A program made the position numbers and the translations under genes. Positions 28,532 through 38,439 of a DNA stretch of 64,000 nucleotides are shown piece by piece; the first letter of the stretch is position 1, and the number at the start of each line of letters is the position of its first letter. This DNA comes from a virus. Taxonomy: Duplodnaviria > Caudoviricetes. The DNA lies in the IMG/VR virus record IMGVR_UViG_3300017605_000212, positions 2,173 to 66,172 of that record; one strand, given 5' to 3'. Under the pieces are notes generated by a model, which did not search any database, was not told the DNA's origin, and worked only from the letters and a program-made list of their open reading frames with translations.

Positions 28532-31500
28532 GTGTCGAACAAGGCATACGACGCAGAGTTCAGGAAGGCGTTCGCCTCAGCATTGGCGGATAACGGGGAA
28601 CTGCAATCTTTTGCCGAAGGAGGCCCAGTCGAAGACGAGTGGGAAGTAGTAGATGACAGCACAACCACCCTGTCCGCCAAATCAAAAGCCCCCGCAGCGG
28701 ACGACGACGAGTGGGAACCCGTTACGCCTAGTCGCGCACAATCGCGGCCTGCTGCGTCCGATGCCGACGAGTGGGAACCCGTTGCGCCTCGTGGCCAGCA
28801 ACCACCTCAGCGAGTACGAACTCCTGATGATGCGCGTCAACCGGGCGCTCGGCCTGCTCCCGAAGGAGAATTAGCGACTATTGGACGGGAGGGCGCTCAT
28901 GGCGCAGGTGGTATCGCGGGCGCTCTCATGGGTGGCGCTGGTGCAGCGGCATTGGTACCGGGTGCAGGTTGGCCTGTCGCTGCTGCTCTTGCTATTGGTG
29001 GTGCTGTCGCTGGCGGTGCAGTAGGCGCTGGCGCACAGAAGCTGGTCGAACGGGCTCTCGGAGTTAACGACGACGAGCAGCGGCAGGTAAACGCCGAAGC
29101 CAACCCCATTTCAGCCGAAATCGGCAAGATCGCGCCGCAGCTTGCGACCGGGGCCGTGGGCGCTGGTGCTCAACTGGCCAAGCGCGGCATCAACGCCGCT
29201 GCGATGGGTGGCCTGACGGCGGTCGAGCAGGCCTACGAAGGTGAGTTCAACCCCAAGGATATTGCTCTAGCCGCAGCAACCGGCTTCGTGCTGCCTGATG
29301 TTAACAGGCTGGGGAGGGTTTTCACGCGGCCCGGTGAGAAGCTGGGAGCCGCCGCTGCCGCCAAAATTAACTCTCGTGTCAAGGAGGTCGATAGCGGTCT
29401 TGATCCCACGTCGGATCAGGGCGAGGAGACGCCTACGCCGCCGCCCGCCGTCAAATCTAAGGGCGTGGCCGCGAGTGAAGGGCCCCCGCCCGACATTGCG
29501 TTGGAAGGTAACACGGTCAACCCGCGTAACCGCGAGCCCGCCAACGAGAAGTACCTCAAAAAGGTCGGCAAGAAGGCCGAAACTATCGGGGACATTTGGG
29601 AGGAGGACGGGCTTTCGCAGAGCCAGCGTACCACCTTGGCACTCAGCCTCCAGAAGACCTCTGGGCGCGAGGATTTCCATATTCTCAATCAGAAAGAGGA
29701 GCCGCTTCCACTTCAGAACCAGACGAACAAGGTCGCGCTCCAAGAGCCGCCCGGTCCGGCAGACGCCGTACAAGCTGAGGCCTCGGTTGCAGAACCTGCC
29801 CCCCGGGGCCCGGAGCCGGAACCGCCTCGGGCTACCGCTGAGCAGATCGCCGCGCATAACGCGGAGATACAGGCCAACATTGATCGCGCCCAAGAAATGC
29901 AGCGGCGGGATACCCCCGGCACGCAGCCGCCTGTGGAGACTGGGCTGGCTACGCCGTGGCAGCGCGAGTTGGTCAAGTGGGGATACCCGCCCGACATGGC
30001 CGCGCAGGTGAAGAACCCGGCTATCGCCAAAAAGATAATCGACGACTACAAGGCCAAGAACCAAGGCAAGCCGCCTGAGCCTGCCGAGGAAATGCGCCAG
30101 CCCATAGAGGACTTCGGGGACCGGGCAGTAGAGCATCTGGAGAAGGAGCCTGTTACCGAGCCGGTAACAGAGGACCTGTCGGCTCGCGCCAAGCGGGTCG
30201 AGGACCAACTTGCCGCTGCCAAAGCCAAGCAGGCTGAACTGGAAGCCACAACGAAAACTGAGAGTACTTCAGGGGTGCAGTCTTCGGAAGCACCTGAGCA
30301 ACGGGCGCGTCGGTCGAAGAAAGCCGACATGACCCCGGGCAATATCGACATTGAGGGTGACATTCCTGCCCAGATCAAGGAGCATCTGGCAGACCCGAAA
30401 TGGGGTAAAGGGGTGACCGGACGCCGCCCGCTGATGGAGCGCGTTGCCAACCATCCCGATCTGTCCGATGACACCAAAGGACACTTCTTCAATAACGTGC
30501 ATCGGCTCTCGCCCAAGGCGATTGCCGACCTCAATAACACCTATCGACAGGCGGACCTGCGGCCCACCACTGAGAGCGGCAAAGTGGCCAAGTCCGCTGA
30601 GGATGCCGCCCGCAAGTCGGAGGCTGGCAGGCGGGTGCAGCAGGCCTACGATATAGCGATGCGGGAGAGCGAGGCTCTCACGACCTCGCCTACGACGCTG
30701 GCCGACCGCCACCTCCAGACCCAGATTGCCAAGAAAGCGGTAGACAGCGTTCGCGAGCATCTTGCCACGTACAAGCCCGCCGAGAAGGATGCGGCCTACG
30801 TCTACATGCGGAAGGCGCAGGCCTTATTGGCGGGCAAGATTGACCACGGCACGTTCTGGCACGAGACGCAGGCCAACAAGTACCTGTCTCCGAAGGACGT
30901 GCGCGAGACTGACCGTATCGCGAGCGATACCCTTGAAACGCAGTCGCGCCCCGAGGCTGGCGAGTTGGCTGATCTGGGCCACGGTGCAACGGACATTACT
31001 GGCAGAGCGGCTGAGCATGACTTCGGCAGCGACAACGAGTATGGCCGGTCGGAACTGCTGACCCCCAAGGACTTGGAGGTCAAGGATACCAACAAGGAAA
31101 TCGACTTGCTGCACTTGGACAGCACCGAGGGTGGGCGCGAAATGGCGCAGCAGATGCAGCAGATCATCCACAATCTCGTCAACGAGAAGCCGCCGCAGCC
31201 CGGTACCAAGAAGCGCACCAAGTACACGGAGGAAGCCGAGAAGCTGGTGAAGGACAAAGTTACCGAGCCGGTAACAGACTATGAGACGAAGCGCGTCACG
31301 ACGAAAGAGGGCAAGAAGGCCCCCATGACCGTGAGCAAAGCCTACGACAAGGGTCGCCACATTGAAGTGACCCCCGAAATCGAGGCCAAGTATGGCAACC
31401 ACTTGGAGGAGGGGGTCGACCCCAAGGCTGTGGCTGACGTGCGCGAAGCCGACATGAGCGAGGCGGCTCGCAAGGGCGTCTCCGACGCCACTGACAAGGT

Positions 31501-34402
31501 GGAGAAGCCGCCGCGCAAACGGAAGAAGGTCAAGCCGGGTCAGGTGGACACTGAGACGACCCCCGTTCCGTTCGAGAACCTGCCTGCCAAGTTCCTCAAG
31601 GACGAGGCTGGCGGCGGTAAGGTCCTCAACACGGTGTACCTTGACGCAACGTGGCGCACCAAAGTCAACAAGGCCATGAAGTGGGCCAACGATATTATCG
31701 GGCATTGGACCACCGAGCCCGAGATTAAAGCCGACGCCATTCTCGCCGGGATGCAGTCGTCCACCCACCGGGTGGAAAGCTGGCTCGCGCACGAGTTGGA
31801 CGCTCGCTTCTATCGCTTCCTCAAACACTCTACGCATGAAGATCAACTGAACTACCTTCACACCATCGAGCAGTCGAAAGCGTGGGACAAGGATGGCAAC
31901 TTCAATGAGACGATGTTCAAGACCGAGTTGAAAGACGCCGGTCTGTCCGAGAAGCAGTCAGAGTGGATGGCCGACGAGGCTAAGTTCCACAAGCAATTCA
32001 TGGACCTGATCTGGCAGCACGAGCGGCTGCTTGGCTCCGAGGCGGACTACGTAGAGAACTACGTGTCGCACATCTTCAAGAAGGAGAAGGAAGCCCGCGA
32101 GTACATGCAGAAGTTCATGGACGAGCAGATCAAAAAGCACGGCGAGGACTGGTTCACCAAGGGTCGGTCGTTCGACCTATTGAAGCAGGCTATCGACGCT
32201 GGGTTCGAGTTGAAGTACAAGAACCCTATCGACATTATTAACGCTCGCGCCCGGGCGTCTCTCAAATATCAGCACATCCTATACTCGCTCCGCGAGTTGC
32301 AGGACATGGGCGTGGCCACCCGTGTCCAAGACGCGACCAAGTCCCAGAAGATGACGTGGAAGTCTGAACTGCTTGCTGCTGACGGGAAGCGGTGGCTCAT
32401 CGCCCCCGAAGTGTCGAACCTTGTTAAGAACGCCATTACCTCGGTTGGTCTGCGGGACCGCAACGACGTTATCGGCAGCGTCTATCGTGGCTGGATGGAT
32501 GTTAAGAACACGCTCGTCCCGATCAAGTTGGGCCTGTCGGGCTTCCACTGGGTCCACGTTGTGCTGAACGTGAACCTCGCAGCCAACGTCGCGCGGGAGT
32601 TCACTCGGGCCGCTAACCTGACGAAGGGTGGCCTTAACATGGCCGAGGCTGCGGAGCGGGCCAAGACGGACGTGAGTTACCTCAACGCTAAGCCGGGTGA
32701 CGCCTCGTGGTGGGAGAAGACTAAGGCGCTGGGGACCGGACTTGGGCGAGCGACTAAGTTGAGCGCGGGCGACACGTTGTTCTCGCTGCCGTTCGATAAG
32801 TTCGGATACCAAGGCAAGACCGCGCGTAATGCGTGGGACACCGCCGACGATAACCTGTCGCCCCTACAGCGGTTCTCGAATAACCTTATTCAGGAGAGCG
32901 GCGGCATCCCGCACCGTAACCCGCAAGAGTTGATGCGCGACCGCAAGTTGATGGATGAACTGTTGGAGGAGGGGAAGTACATTCGCGCCGTACCCGCTGC
33001 TATTCAGCAGGGCGTCAAGGTTTCAAGCGCGTTCATGTTCGAGCATCAAATCCCCAACCTCAAGACTGCCTCGTTCTTGCGGGACGCGCAGGCGCTGTTC
33101 GAGCGTCGCCCTGATCTACTCAACAACCCGGTGCAGCGTAAGGTCGCGCTAAGGGCGATCATGCAGTCGGTGGACAATCGCTACGGCGAAATGTTCTACA
33201 ACTCGCTGTTCATGAACAAGGTCCTGAAAGAGAGTTCTATCGGCGCGTTCTTGTCGCTGGGCTGGAACCTCGGTCAGGTCCGTGAGTTCGGCGGCGCTGC
33301 GGCCAACCTTATCACCGGTAAGGGACGCCTTGCAGCGGCGCAGGACAAGTATAAGAACGCGACTGCCCGCGAAGACGTAGACAAGTACACCGCCGCTGAG
33401 AAGGGGCTGGGTATCTCACAGCGTACACGGTACGAGGCGACTAACAAGGGCGCGTACACGGCGGCTTATGCCGCTATCTCGATGGCATCAGCAGCGGCAC
33501 TATCTTACGCGCTGAGCGGCGTCTTCCCGTCAGACTGGAAGGACTGGTTCTTCCCCCGGGTCGGCGGCGTCGATCCCGAAGGACAGCCGCGCCGTGTCAC
33601 CACACCGTTCAACACTCGCGAGCCGATCATGCTCAAGGCGCACATGGACAGCGAGGGCGTTGTCGGCGGCATGGGCGCGTTCCTGTGGAACAAGATGATC
33701 CTGAGCCCGCTAGTGGACGCTGTGAAGAACCGCGACTACTTCGGTAACGAACTGTTCGACACCAACGCGCCGTGGTACAAGGCGGCGTTCCAACTGGTGG
33801 ACAGCTTCTTGGGCGAGAACCTAATGCCGATCACCGGCAGCGGCTATCAGCGCGGTACCGCGCAGGGCGGCTCGCCTCTCAAGACGGCGCTGACCTCGGT
33901 TGTGGGCCTCGGGCCAGCCCCGGCGTACGTGAACCGGTCACCGCTGCAACGGCGTCTCACGCAGTTGTATAACGAACACGTTGTCCCGCACTCGCGCCCA
34001 TATGAGGATCGAGGGCCAATGCACGCCGTCTACAACTGGGCGGTAGGCGAGGAGGCCACCAAGAACCAGAAGATCAGGAAGGCGATGCAGGACTACAATC
34101 AGGCGTTCCAGTCCAACGATACTGCTGCCATGAAGCAGGCGCAGAAGGACATGATCCGCGCTGGCATGTCGCCGGATACGGCACTGCATATGCGCCCCGG
34201 TGACGCCGACAAGCGCAAGTTCGCCCGCCTCGACGTGAAGGACCAGCTTGCCCTATCCAAGGATATGGACGACGCCGACTTCAAAAAGTACGTCCTCCAG
34301 AACCCCAAGGTCCACGGGAAGAACCGGGTCGAACTGCTCCGTTTACGAAAAAGTAGCAAACCGGGCGTAGCGTTACCGACCGGTAACACCGACGAGGAAT
34401 AG
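28532..34402 (+). CDS. Large internal virion/ejection protein 3
   Basis: 1956 aa; N-terminal DEWEPV repeats, Gly/Ala hydrophobic segment, C-terminal NRDYFGNEL; no RNA polymerase motifs seen. Confidence 0.75.
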   Translation: MSNKAYDAEFRKAFASALADNGELQSFAEGGPVEDEWEVVDDSTTTLSAKSKAPAADDDEWEPVTPSRAQSRPAASDADEWEPVAPRGQQPPQRVRTPDDARQPGARPAPEGELATIGREGAHGAGGIAGALMGGAGAAALVPGAGWPVAAALAIGGAVAGGAVGAGAQKLVERALGVNDDEQRQVNAEANPISAEIGKIAPQLATGAVGAGAQLAKRGINAAAMGGLTAVEQAYEGEFNPKDIALAAATGFVLPDVNRLGRVFTRPGEKLGAAAAAKINSRVKEVDSGLDPTSDQGEETPTPPPAVKSKGVAASEGPPPDIALEGNTVNPRNREPANEKYLKKVGKKAETIGDIWEEDGLSQSQRTTLALSLQKTSGREDFHILNQKEEPLPLQNQTNKVALQEPPGPADAVQAEASVAEPAPRGPEPEPPRATAEQIAAHNAEIQANIDRAQEMQRRDTPGTQPPVETGLATPWQRELVKWGYPPDMAAQVKNPAIAKKIIDDYKAKNQGKPPEPAEEMRQPIEDFGDRAVEHLEKEPVTEPVTEDLSARAKRVEDQLAAAKAKQAELEATTKTESTSGVQSSEAPEQRARRSKKADMTPGNIDIEGDIPAQIKEHLADPKWGKGVTGRRPLMERVANHPDLSDDTKGHFFNNVHRLSPKAIADLNNTYRQADLRPTTESGKVAKSAEDAARKSEAGRRVQQAYDIAMRESEALTTSPTTLADRHLQTQIAKKAVDSVREHLATYKPAEKDAAYVYMRKAQALLAGKIDHGTFWHETQANKYLSPKDVRETDRIASDTLETQSRPEAGELADLGHGATDITGRAAEHDFGSDNEYGRSELLTPKDLEVKDTNKEIDLLHLDSTEGGREMAQQMQQIIHNLVNEKPPQPGTKKRTKYTEEAEKLVKDKVTEPVTDYETKRVTTKEGKKAPMTVSKAYDKGRHIEVTPEIEAKYGNHLEEGVDPKAVADVREADMSEAARKGVSDATDKVEKPPRKRKKVKPGQVDTETTPVPFENLPAKFLKDEAGGGKVLNTVYLDATWRTKVNKAMKWANDIIGHWTTEPEIKADAILAGMQSSTHRVESWLAHELDARFYRFLKHSTHEDQLNYLHTIEQSKAWDKDGNFNETMFKTELKDAGLSEKQSEWMADEAKFHKQFMDLIWQHERLLGSEADYVENYVSHIFKKEKEAREYMQKFMDEQIKKHGEDWFTKGRSFDLLKQAIDAGFELKYKNPIDIINARARASLKYQHILYSLRELQDMGVATRVQDATKSQKMTWKSELLAADGKRWLIAPEVSNLVKNAITSVGLRDRNDVIGSVYRGWMDVKNTLVPIKLGLSGFHWVHVVLNVNLAANVAREFTRAANLTKGGLNMAEAAERAKTDVSYLNAKPGDASWWEKTKALGTGLGRATKLSAGDTLFSLPFDKFGYQGKTARNAWDTADDNLSPLQRFSNNLIQESGGIPHRNPQELMRDRKLMDELLEEGKYIRAVPAAIQQGVKVSSAFMFEHQIPNLKTASFLRDAQALFERRPDLLNNPVQRKVALRAIMQSVDNRYGEMFYNSLFMNKVLKESSIGAFLSLGWNLGQVREFGGAAANLITGKGRLAAAQDKYKNATAREDVDKYTAAEKGLGISQRTRYEATNKGAYTAAYAAISMASAAALSYALSGVFPSDWKDWFFPRVGGVDPEGQPRRVTTPFNTREPIMLKAHMDSEGVVGGMGAFLWNKMILSPLVDAVKNRDYFGNELFDTNAPWYKAAFQLVDSFLGENLMPITGSGYQRGTAQGGSPLKTALTSVVGLGPAPAYVNRSPLQRRLTQLYNEHVVPHSRPYEDRGPMHAVYNWAVGEEATKNQKIRKAMQDYNQAFQSNDTAAMKQAQKDMIRAGMSPDTALHMRPGDADKRKFARLDVKDQLALSKDMDDADFKKYVLQNPKVHGKNRVELLRLRKSSKPGVALPTGNTDEE

Positions 34403-34405
34403 GTC

Positions 34406-34711
34406 ATGCCATACCGCAAAGTGGGGCCTGACGACTACGTGTCCCCGTCAGGGAAGCACATAAACGGCAAGCAGAACAGGCTGTGGCACACCCTAGGGGG
34501 CCGCTGGCCGGGGGAAACAAGGTCGGAGGAACCCATGAGTAAGGTTGGAGCCAAGGCGTCGAGAGCCTCGTATGCGAAGGGTGGTCCGGTGCTGGGCCGT
34601 ACTCGGGACTTCATTAAGGAACCCGACAATTTCCGTGAGGACGGGCAGAAAAAGGATTATTCTTCAAAGGGTAAGGGCCCGGGCTCCCGCGAGAACAAGG
34701 TCATCAAGTAA
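34406..34711 (+). CDS. Small basic protein with a YAKGGPV motif
   Basis: Follows the large ejection gene; possible internal start at MSKVG with a GGAGG RBS. Confidence 0.65.
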   Translation: MPYRKVGPDDYVSPSGKHINGKQNRLWHTLGGRWPGETRSEEPMSKVGAKASRASYAKGGPVLGRTRDFIKEPDNFREDGQKKDYSSKGKGPGSRENKVIK

Positions 34712-34737
34712 GCCTCAACCTTTCTCGGATACAACTG

Positions 34738-34761
34738 CCCCCTCACCTAAGAGGGGGTTTT
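34738..34761 (+). terminator. Rho-independent terminator ending the structural arm
   Basis: CCCCCTC-ACCTAA-GAGGGGG-TTTT. Confidence 0.75.
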
Positions 34762-34764
34762 GTC

Positions 34765-35232
34765 GTGCGTACGCGGATCAAGGGTCACACTCGTGGTCTG
34801 AGCCGCAGGAAAGTCCGTGAGGCCCTCTGGTTCTTCGCGGACGAACTGGGTATCAAGAAAGCCACCATCAACCTCAGCTTCTCCTCTGACTTCCCCCGAG
34901 GCCCGGGGGCGGAAATGCTGCGCCTGTCCGCCGCTAAGCGGACGTTCAGTATCAAGTGTTCCACCAAGAACGGCCCCTACCGGACGCTGGAAGACCTCGC
35001 CCACGAAATGATCCACGTCAAGCAGTTCCTCAGCGGCACCCTGACCGAGAGGGGACATTGCACCGCGTGGCGGGGGCAGGTCTACCGAGGCTACGATGTG
35101 CGCGAGAACGAGAAATACTGGAACGCCCCTTGGGAAATAGATGCCTACGGGCGCAGCTATTGGCTCTACAAAAAGTGCCGGTTGCATTTGCTCCGGTGCG
35201 GGTATAGGCTACGCAAATGCTCAAAATCCTAG
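34765..35232 (+). CDS. Putative zinc metallopeptidase-like protein
   Basis: LAHEMIHVKQF (HExxH) and PWEIDAY. Confidence 0.65.
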   Translation: MRTRIKGHTRGLSRRKVREALWFFADELGIKKATINLSFSSDFPRGPGAEMLRLSAAKRTFSIKCSTKNGPYRTLEDLAHEMIHVKQFLSGTLTERGHCTAWRGQVYRGYDVRENEKYWNAPWEIDAYGRSYWLYKKCRLHLLRCGYRLRKCSKS

Positions 35233-35447
35233 CCGCTTTCGGCGCGATGGTCGCCCTCGACTTTGCATGGGCGAAGTACACCATCTATTGCGCCGACCGC
35301 AGGCCTGCCCATGCCGCTGCTATTGCCAGCATCATCTTCGGGCTCGGGGCTTACGTGACCCTCACTTACGTGGACGACCCTTGGATGCTGCTCCCGGCTA
35401 CTGCTGGGGCCCTTGTTGGGACGTATCTGGCTGTGCGGCAGGCATAA
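35217..35447 (+). CDS. Small membrane protein
   Basis: Three hydrophobic segments. Confidence 0.6.
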   Translation: MLKILAAFGAMVALDFAWAKYTIYCADRRPAHAAAIASIIFGLGAYVTLTYVDDPWMLLPATAGALVGTYLAVRQA

Positions 35448-38424
35448 CCGCCACCGGCTGCGTATACGATGCATGGGCGTCGAGCAGTTCCTCCAGTGCG
35501 CTTCCCGGTTTCACGTCGATCTGGAAGACGTGCTCCTGACCGGAGCCGTATTGCGTTCCTGCTCCCAGCTTCACGAACATGGATTTCATGTTGAAGTGGT
35601 CGACCAGCCCGTTCACGATGGGGCGCTTCATGGTTTTCTTCGTCTCCAAAAACGAGTAGAACTCCGGTCGGGAAAACCTTATGACCCGGCTGTCCACGCA
35701 ATACTGCACTTGGATGCCGCGTGGGAAGCGGGCGTCGGGCCACCACAGCGGCTTCACGCTGTTCTTGAGGACCTTGCCGGGGGCCGGGAACTTGTCCGTG
35801 TATAGGCTTTCACCCATGTACGCCTTGAAGAACTGTGTCAGCACCTCCTCAGTATGGATAGCGGTGCCGCCTACTGTGGAGTTGTCCTTCTGTCGGCGGC
35901 GGTTCTCATAGAACTGCTTGATGAGGAAGTCCTTTATCTCCTTCTCGGAGAAGTTGGCTCCGATAGCGTTGGCCAACTGAGCCCCAACGATTATACAGGC
36001 CATGACAACGGTCCAGAACCGTTCCGGCTGGAGGGGCTTTAGCCGCGCGTCCAGTTCATTCTGAACATGAGTGACCAGCTTGAGCATCCCCTCTGGATCG
36101 CTGCCCAGCACTCGCGCGTAACGAAGCCCCATATGGCCAAAATTACTTTCAAGATCAGCAACCAGACGAGTAGCTTCGTGAGTAGGGGTACCGGTACCAC
36201 CCGGCTGCATCTTTTTGATTTCATATTCAAAGGTCCTAAGCACGCCAGCGTCCGTCGTCTTCTGGACGCTCTCGATATAGTCGATGAAGCTGTGGTTAGA
36301 GCAAATAGTCATGAGCGTATTCCACAGGCCGCGCGGCTTCGTCTCGGCGTTCACGTTGAGGCGGCTCGCTCCCACGCCTTCGGTGCTGCTAAATAGCACC
36401 TTGAATACGTGCGCCTGAATGGACGGATCAAAAATCTCGTCCCAGTAGAGCGGCAAGTTGCGGATTTCCTCCATGCGCTTGACAATGGAGCGGGCCGTGG
36501 ACTGCTGCACTTCCTTGCTCAGCTTGGGGTGCCCCCAGACTGCCAACCCCGTGGACAACGCGGTGGTCTTACCGCCGCCGCTTTCGCCCCACACGCTCAG
36601 CGTAACGCAGTTCTGGCCGGTCAGGGTCATGAGCGGGGCAGCGAACGACGCCGCGCAGATTATCTCAAGGTCAGGCCGGTTCCGCCCGCAGAACAACGCC
36701 GCTGCCTTGTGCCACGCCGTTGAGGTGCCGGTCGGCAGGTACTGCTTCCGCAGGTTGCTGTCGCCAACCCCCGCGCTGCTCACGCTCTTGTCGGAATGAA
36801 AAATATGGCCTCCGTAGATGAAGCCTGTTCGGGGGCCTACCCCGTCCTTCTGGTACCACCCAAACGGGCGGGCCTGAATGGAGGCGGCTGCTTCTTGCAG
36901 CTTCTGCATGAATGACACGAAAAACTCCTGTATTGCCCCGATGTACTTCGGGCTGAATAGAACGTCTTGGTCGGACAGGCTGCTGCTGAGTTCGGCGGAA
37001 TTGGTTATGTCAGTCAGCTTGAGCATGACCTCGGTGTCGCTGCCCTTATCTGTGCTCACACGGAAGACGATCCCGGTGGGCGTCTTCTGCATGTATGGTT
37101 CCTTGGTCCACTTGCAGCGGAATAGAGGGATAAGCGGTTGGACCGGGCTGTCATCCTTGTCCTTCTGGACAACTACAACTCCGATGTACCCATCTTGGTC
37201 AAAACCGTACCCCCTCGGCAGATCGAAGACTACCGGCGCGTTCGTTTTCGGCTGTGTTTGCTGCGCCGCGTGGGCAACGAGCGGGACCGCGAGCGAGAGC
37301 GGTGACTTGATCTTGCCGAAGTGCGGGCAGGTTTTGCAATGGGCACTTCCTGCGGATTGTATAGCACCACAACTTGGCCATCCCAGTCCTCGGCCATCAC
37401 GCTCTTTAAGTTTTCGGTCCCATAGACTGTCGGTACTTCCACGGCTATAGCCCGGGTGTAGTCGCCCCATCGCATGAGCAATCGCATTTCCGTCCTCCAT
37501 GAACGTCGCGGCCAACGTAGTTAGGTTCCACTCGGGCTGCGCGTAGTCCTTGCCACCGGTCTTTAGTGCGTTCGCCAGCCAAGGGCAACCCTTAAATATA
37601 CCGACCGGGTCGAGTAACGTGTCGTCGTACCCGAGGCCGTCGTCAAGGCTGTCGTCCAGCTTACCAAATGCTGGCCGCTGCCCCCTCAAGGCTCCCATGT
37701 CCACCGTGTCAGCGGTTATCGACGCCGTAACGTGCGGCGCAATCGTCGGCAGAAGCGCCAGAGAAGCGGCAAAATCATAATCGGCGGGCTCCAGATGCAG
37801 TAACTTGACTGGCTTGGGCGGGTTAGTCTTGTGGTTCAGCGTCCCCGGTACGCGCAGTATGCGGACAATGTCGGAGGTTACACCGGCATCGCAGCGGAGG
37901 TTGTGTTTGAGTGCCAGAGCCTTGAGCCCCTCGGCGTAGGGACGCCACTCGATTTCGGTGAGCGGCTTGTCGCTGATCCAGTAGACGTGCAAGCCGCCGC
38001 CTGAGGCCACGAGCGCCGTGGGCGTTGGCAGGCTGGCGTCCTTGCAGAACGTCACGACCGCTGCCACGGCGTCTTCAAGCGTGGCATACCCCTTCGGCGG
38101 GTCCTTCACGTCCACGTCGAGCCATAGTGCCTTGACCGCTGTCACATTGGTGTGGTGGCGCAGCGGCTTGGCCCGTCCCGCACGGTTCTTCGTCGCCTTC
38201 TCCTGCGTGGAGAGGCAATAATAAATGTCCTTGATGACGTTCTTTTTGTTCAGACCCCAGTTCACCGTGTCGATGAACTTCTGGAGGGTCGTAGACGGAA
38301 CGCCCGACCAAAACTGTTTGGCCGGGTCGTTCTTGTCGTACAACGTCCAGTGAATGTTAACGTAGCCGGGTTGTCCCCCCGGCCACGCCACAACCCGCGT
38401 GAGGAATTGTTGGGTGGCCGACAT
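35398..38424 (-). CDS. Primase-helicase fusion (RepB/AEP-like primase N-terminus plus DUF927-type helicase)
   Basis: ALWLDVD, SGGGLHVYW, RILRVPGTLNHK primase motifs; C..C..C zinc region; Walker A GESGGGKTT and Walker B PLYWDE. Confidence 0.85.
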   Translation of the reverse strand: MSATQQFLTRVVAWPGGQPGYVNIHWTLYDKNDPAKQFWSGVPSTTLQKFIDTVNWGLNKKNVIKDIYYCLSTQEKATKNRAGRAKPLRHHTNVTAVKALWLDVDVKDPPKGYATLEDAVAAVVTFCKDASLPTPTALVASGGGLHVYWISDKPLTEIEWRPYAEGLKALALKHNLRCDAGVTSDIVRILRVPGTLNHKTNPPKPVKLLHLEPADYDFAASLALLPTIAPHVTASITADTVDMGALRGQRPAFGKLDDSLDDGLGYDDTLLDPVGIFKGCPWLANALKTGGKDYAQPEWNLTTLAATFMEDGNAIAHAMGRLHPGYSRGSTDSLWDRKLKERDGRGLGWPSCGAIQSAGSAHCKTCPHFGKIKSPLSLAVPLVAHAAQQTQPKTNAPVVFDLPRGYGFDQDGYIGVVVVQKDKDDSPVQPLIPLFRCKWTKEPYMQKTPTGIVFRVSTDKGSDTEVMLKLTDITNSAELSSSLSDQDVLFSPKYIGAIQEFFVSFMQKLQEAAASIQARPFGWYQKDGVGPRTGFIYGGHIFHSDKSVSSAGVGDSNLRKQYLPTGTSTAWHKAAALFCGRNRPDLEIICAASFAAPLMTLTGQNCVTLSVWGESGGGKTTALSTGLAVWGHPKLSKEVQQSTARSIVKRMEEIRNLPLYWDEIFDPSIQAHVFKVLFSSTEGVGASRLNVNAETKPRGLWNTLMTICSNHSFIDYIESVQKTTDAGVLRTFEYEIKKMQPGGTGTPTHEATRLVADLESNFGHMGLRYARVLGSDPEGMLKLVTHVQNELDARLKPLQPERFWTVVMACIIVGAQLANAIGANFSEKEIKDFLIKQFYENRRRQKDNSTVGGTAIHTEEVLTQFFKAYMGESLYTDKFPAPGKVLKNSVKPLWWPDARFPRGIQVQYCVDSRVIRFSRPEFYSFLETKKTMKRPIVNGLVDHFNMKSMFVKLGAGTQYGSGQEHVFQIDVKPGSALEELLDAHASYTQPVAVMPAAQPDTSQQGPQQ

Positions 38425-38439
38425 TCTGCATCCTGTTTT

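Noticed and set aside
28532-34402. N4-like virion RNA polymerase using the hairpins as promoters
   Set aside because: No recognisable single-subunit RNAP motifs; the protein is much shorter than N4 vRNAP; most hairpins are not at gene starts.
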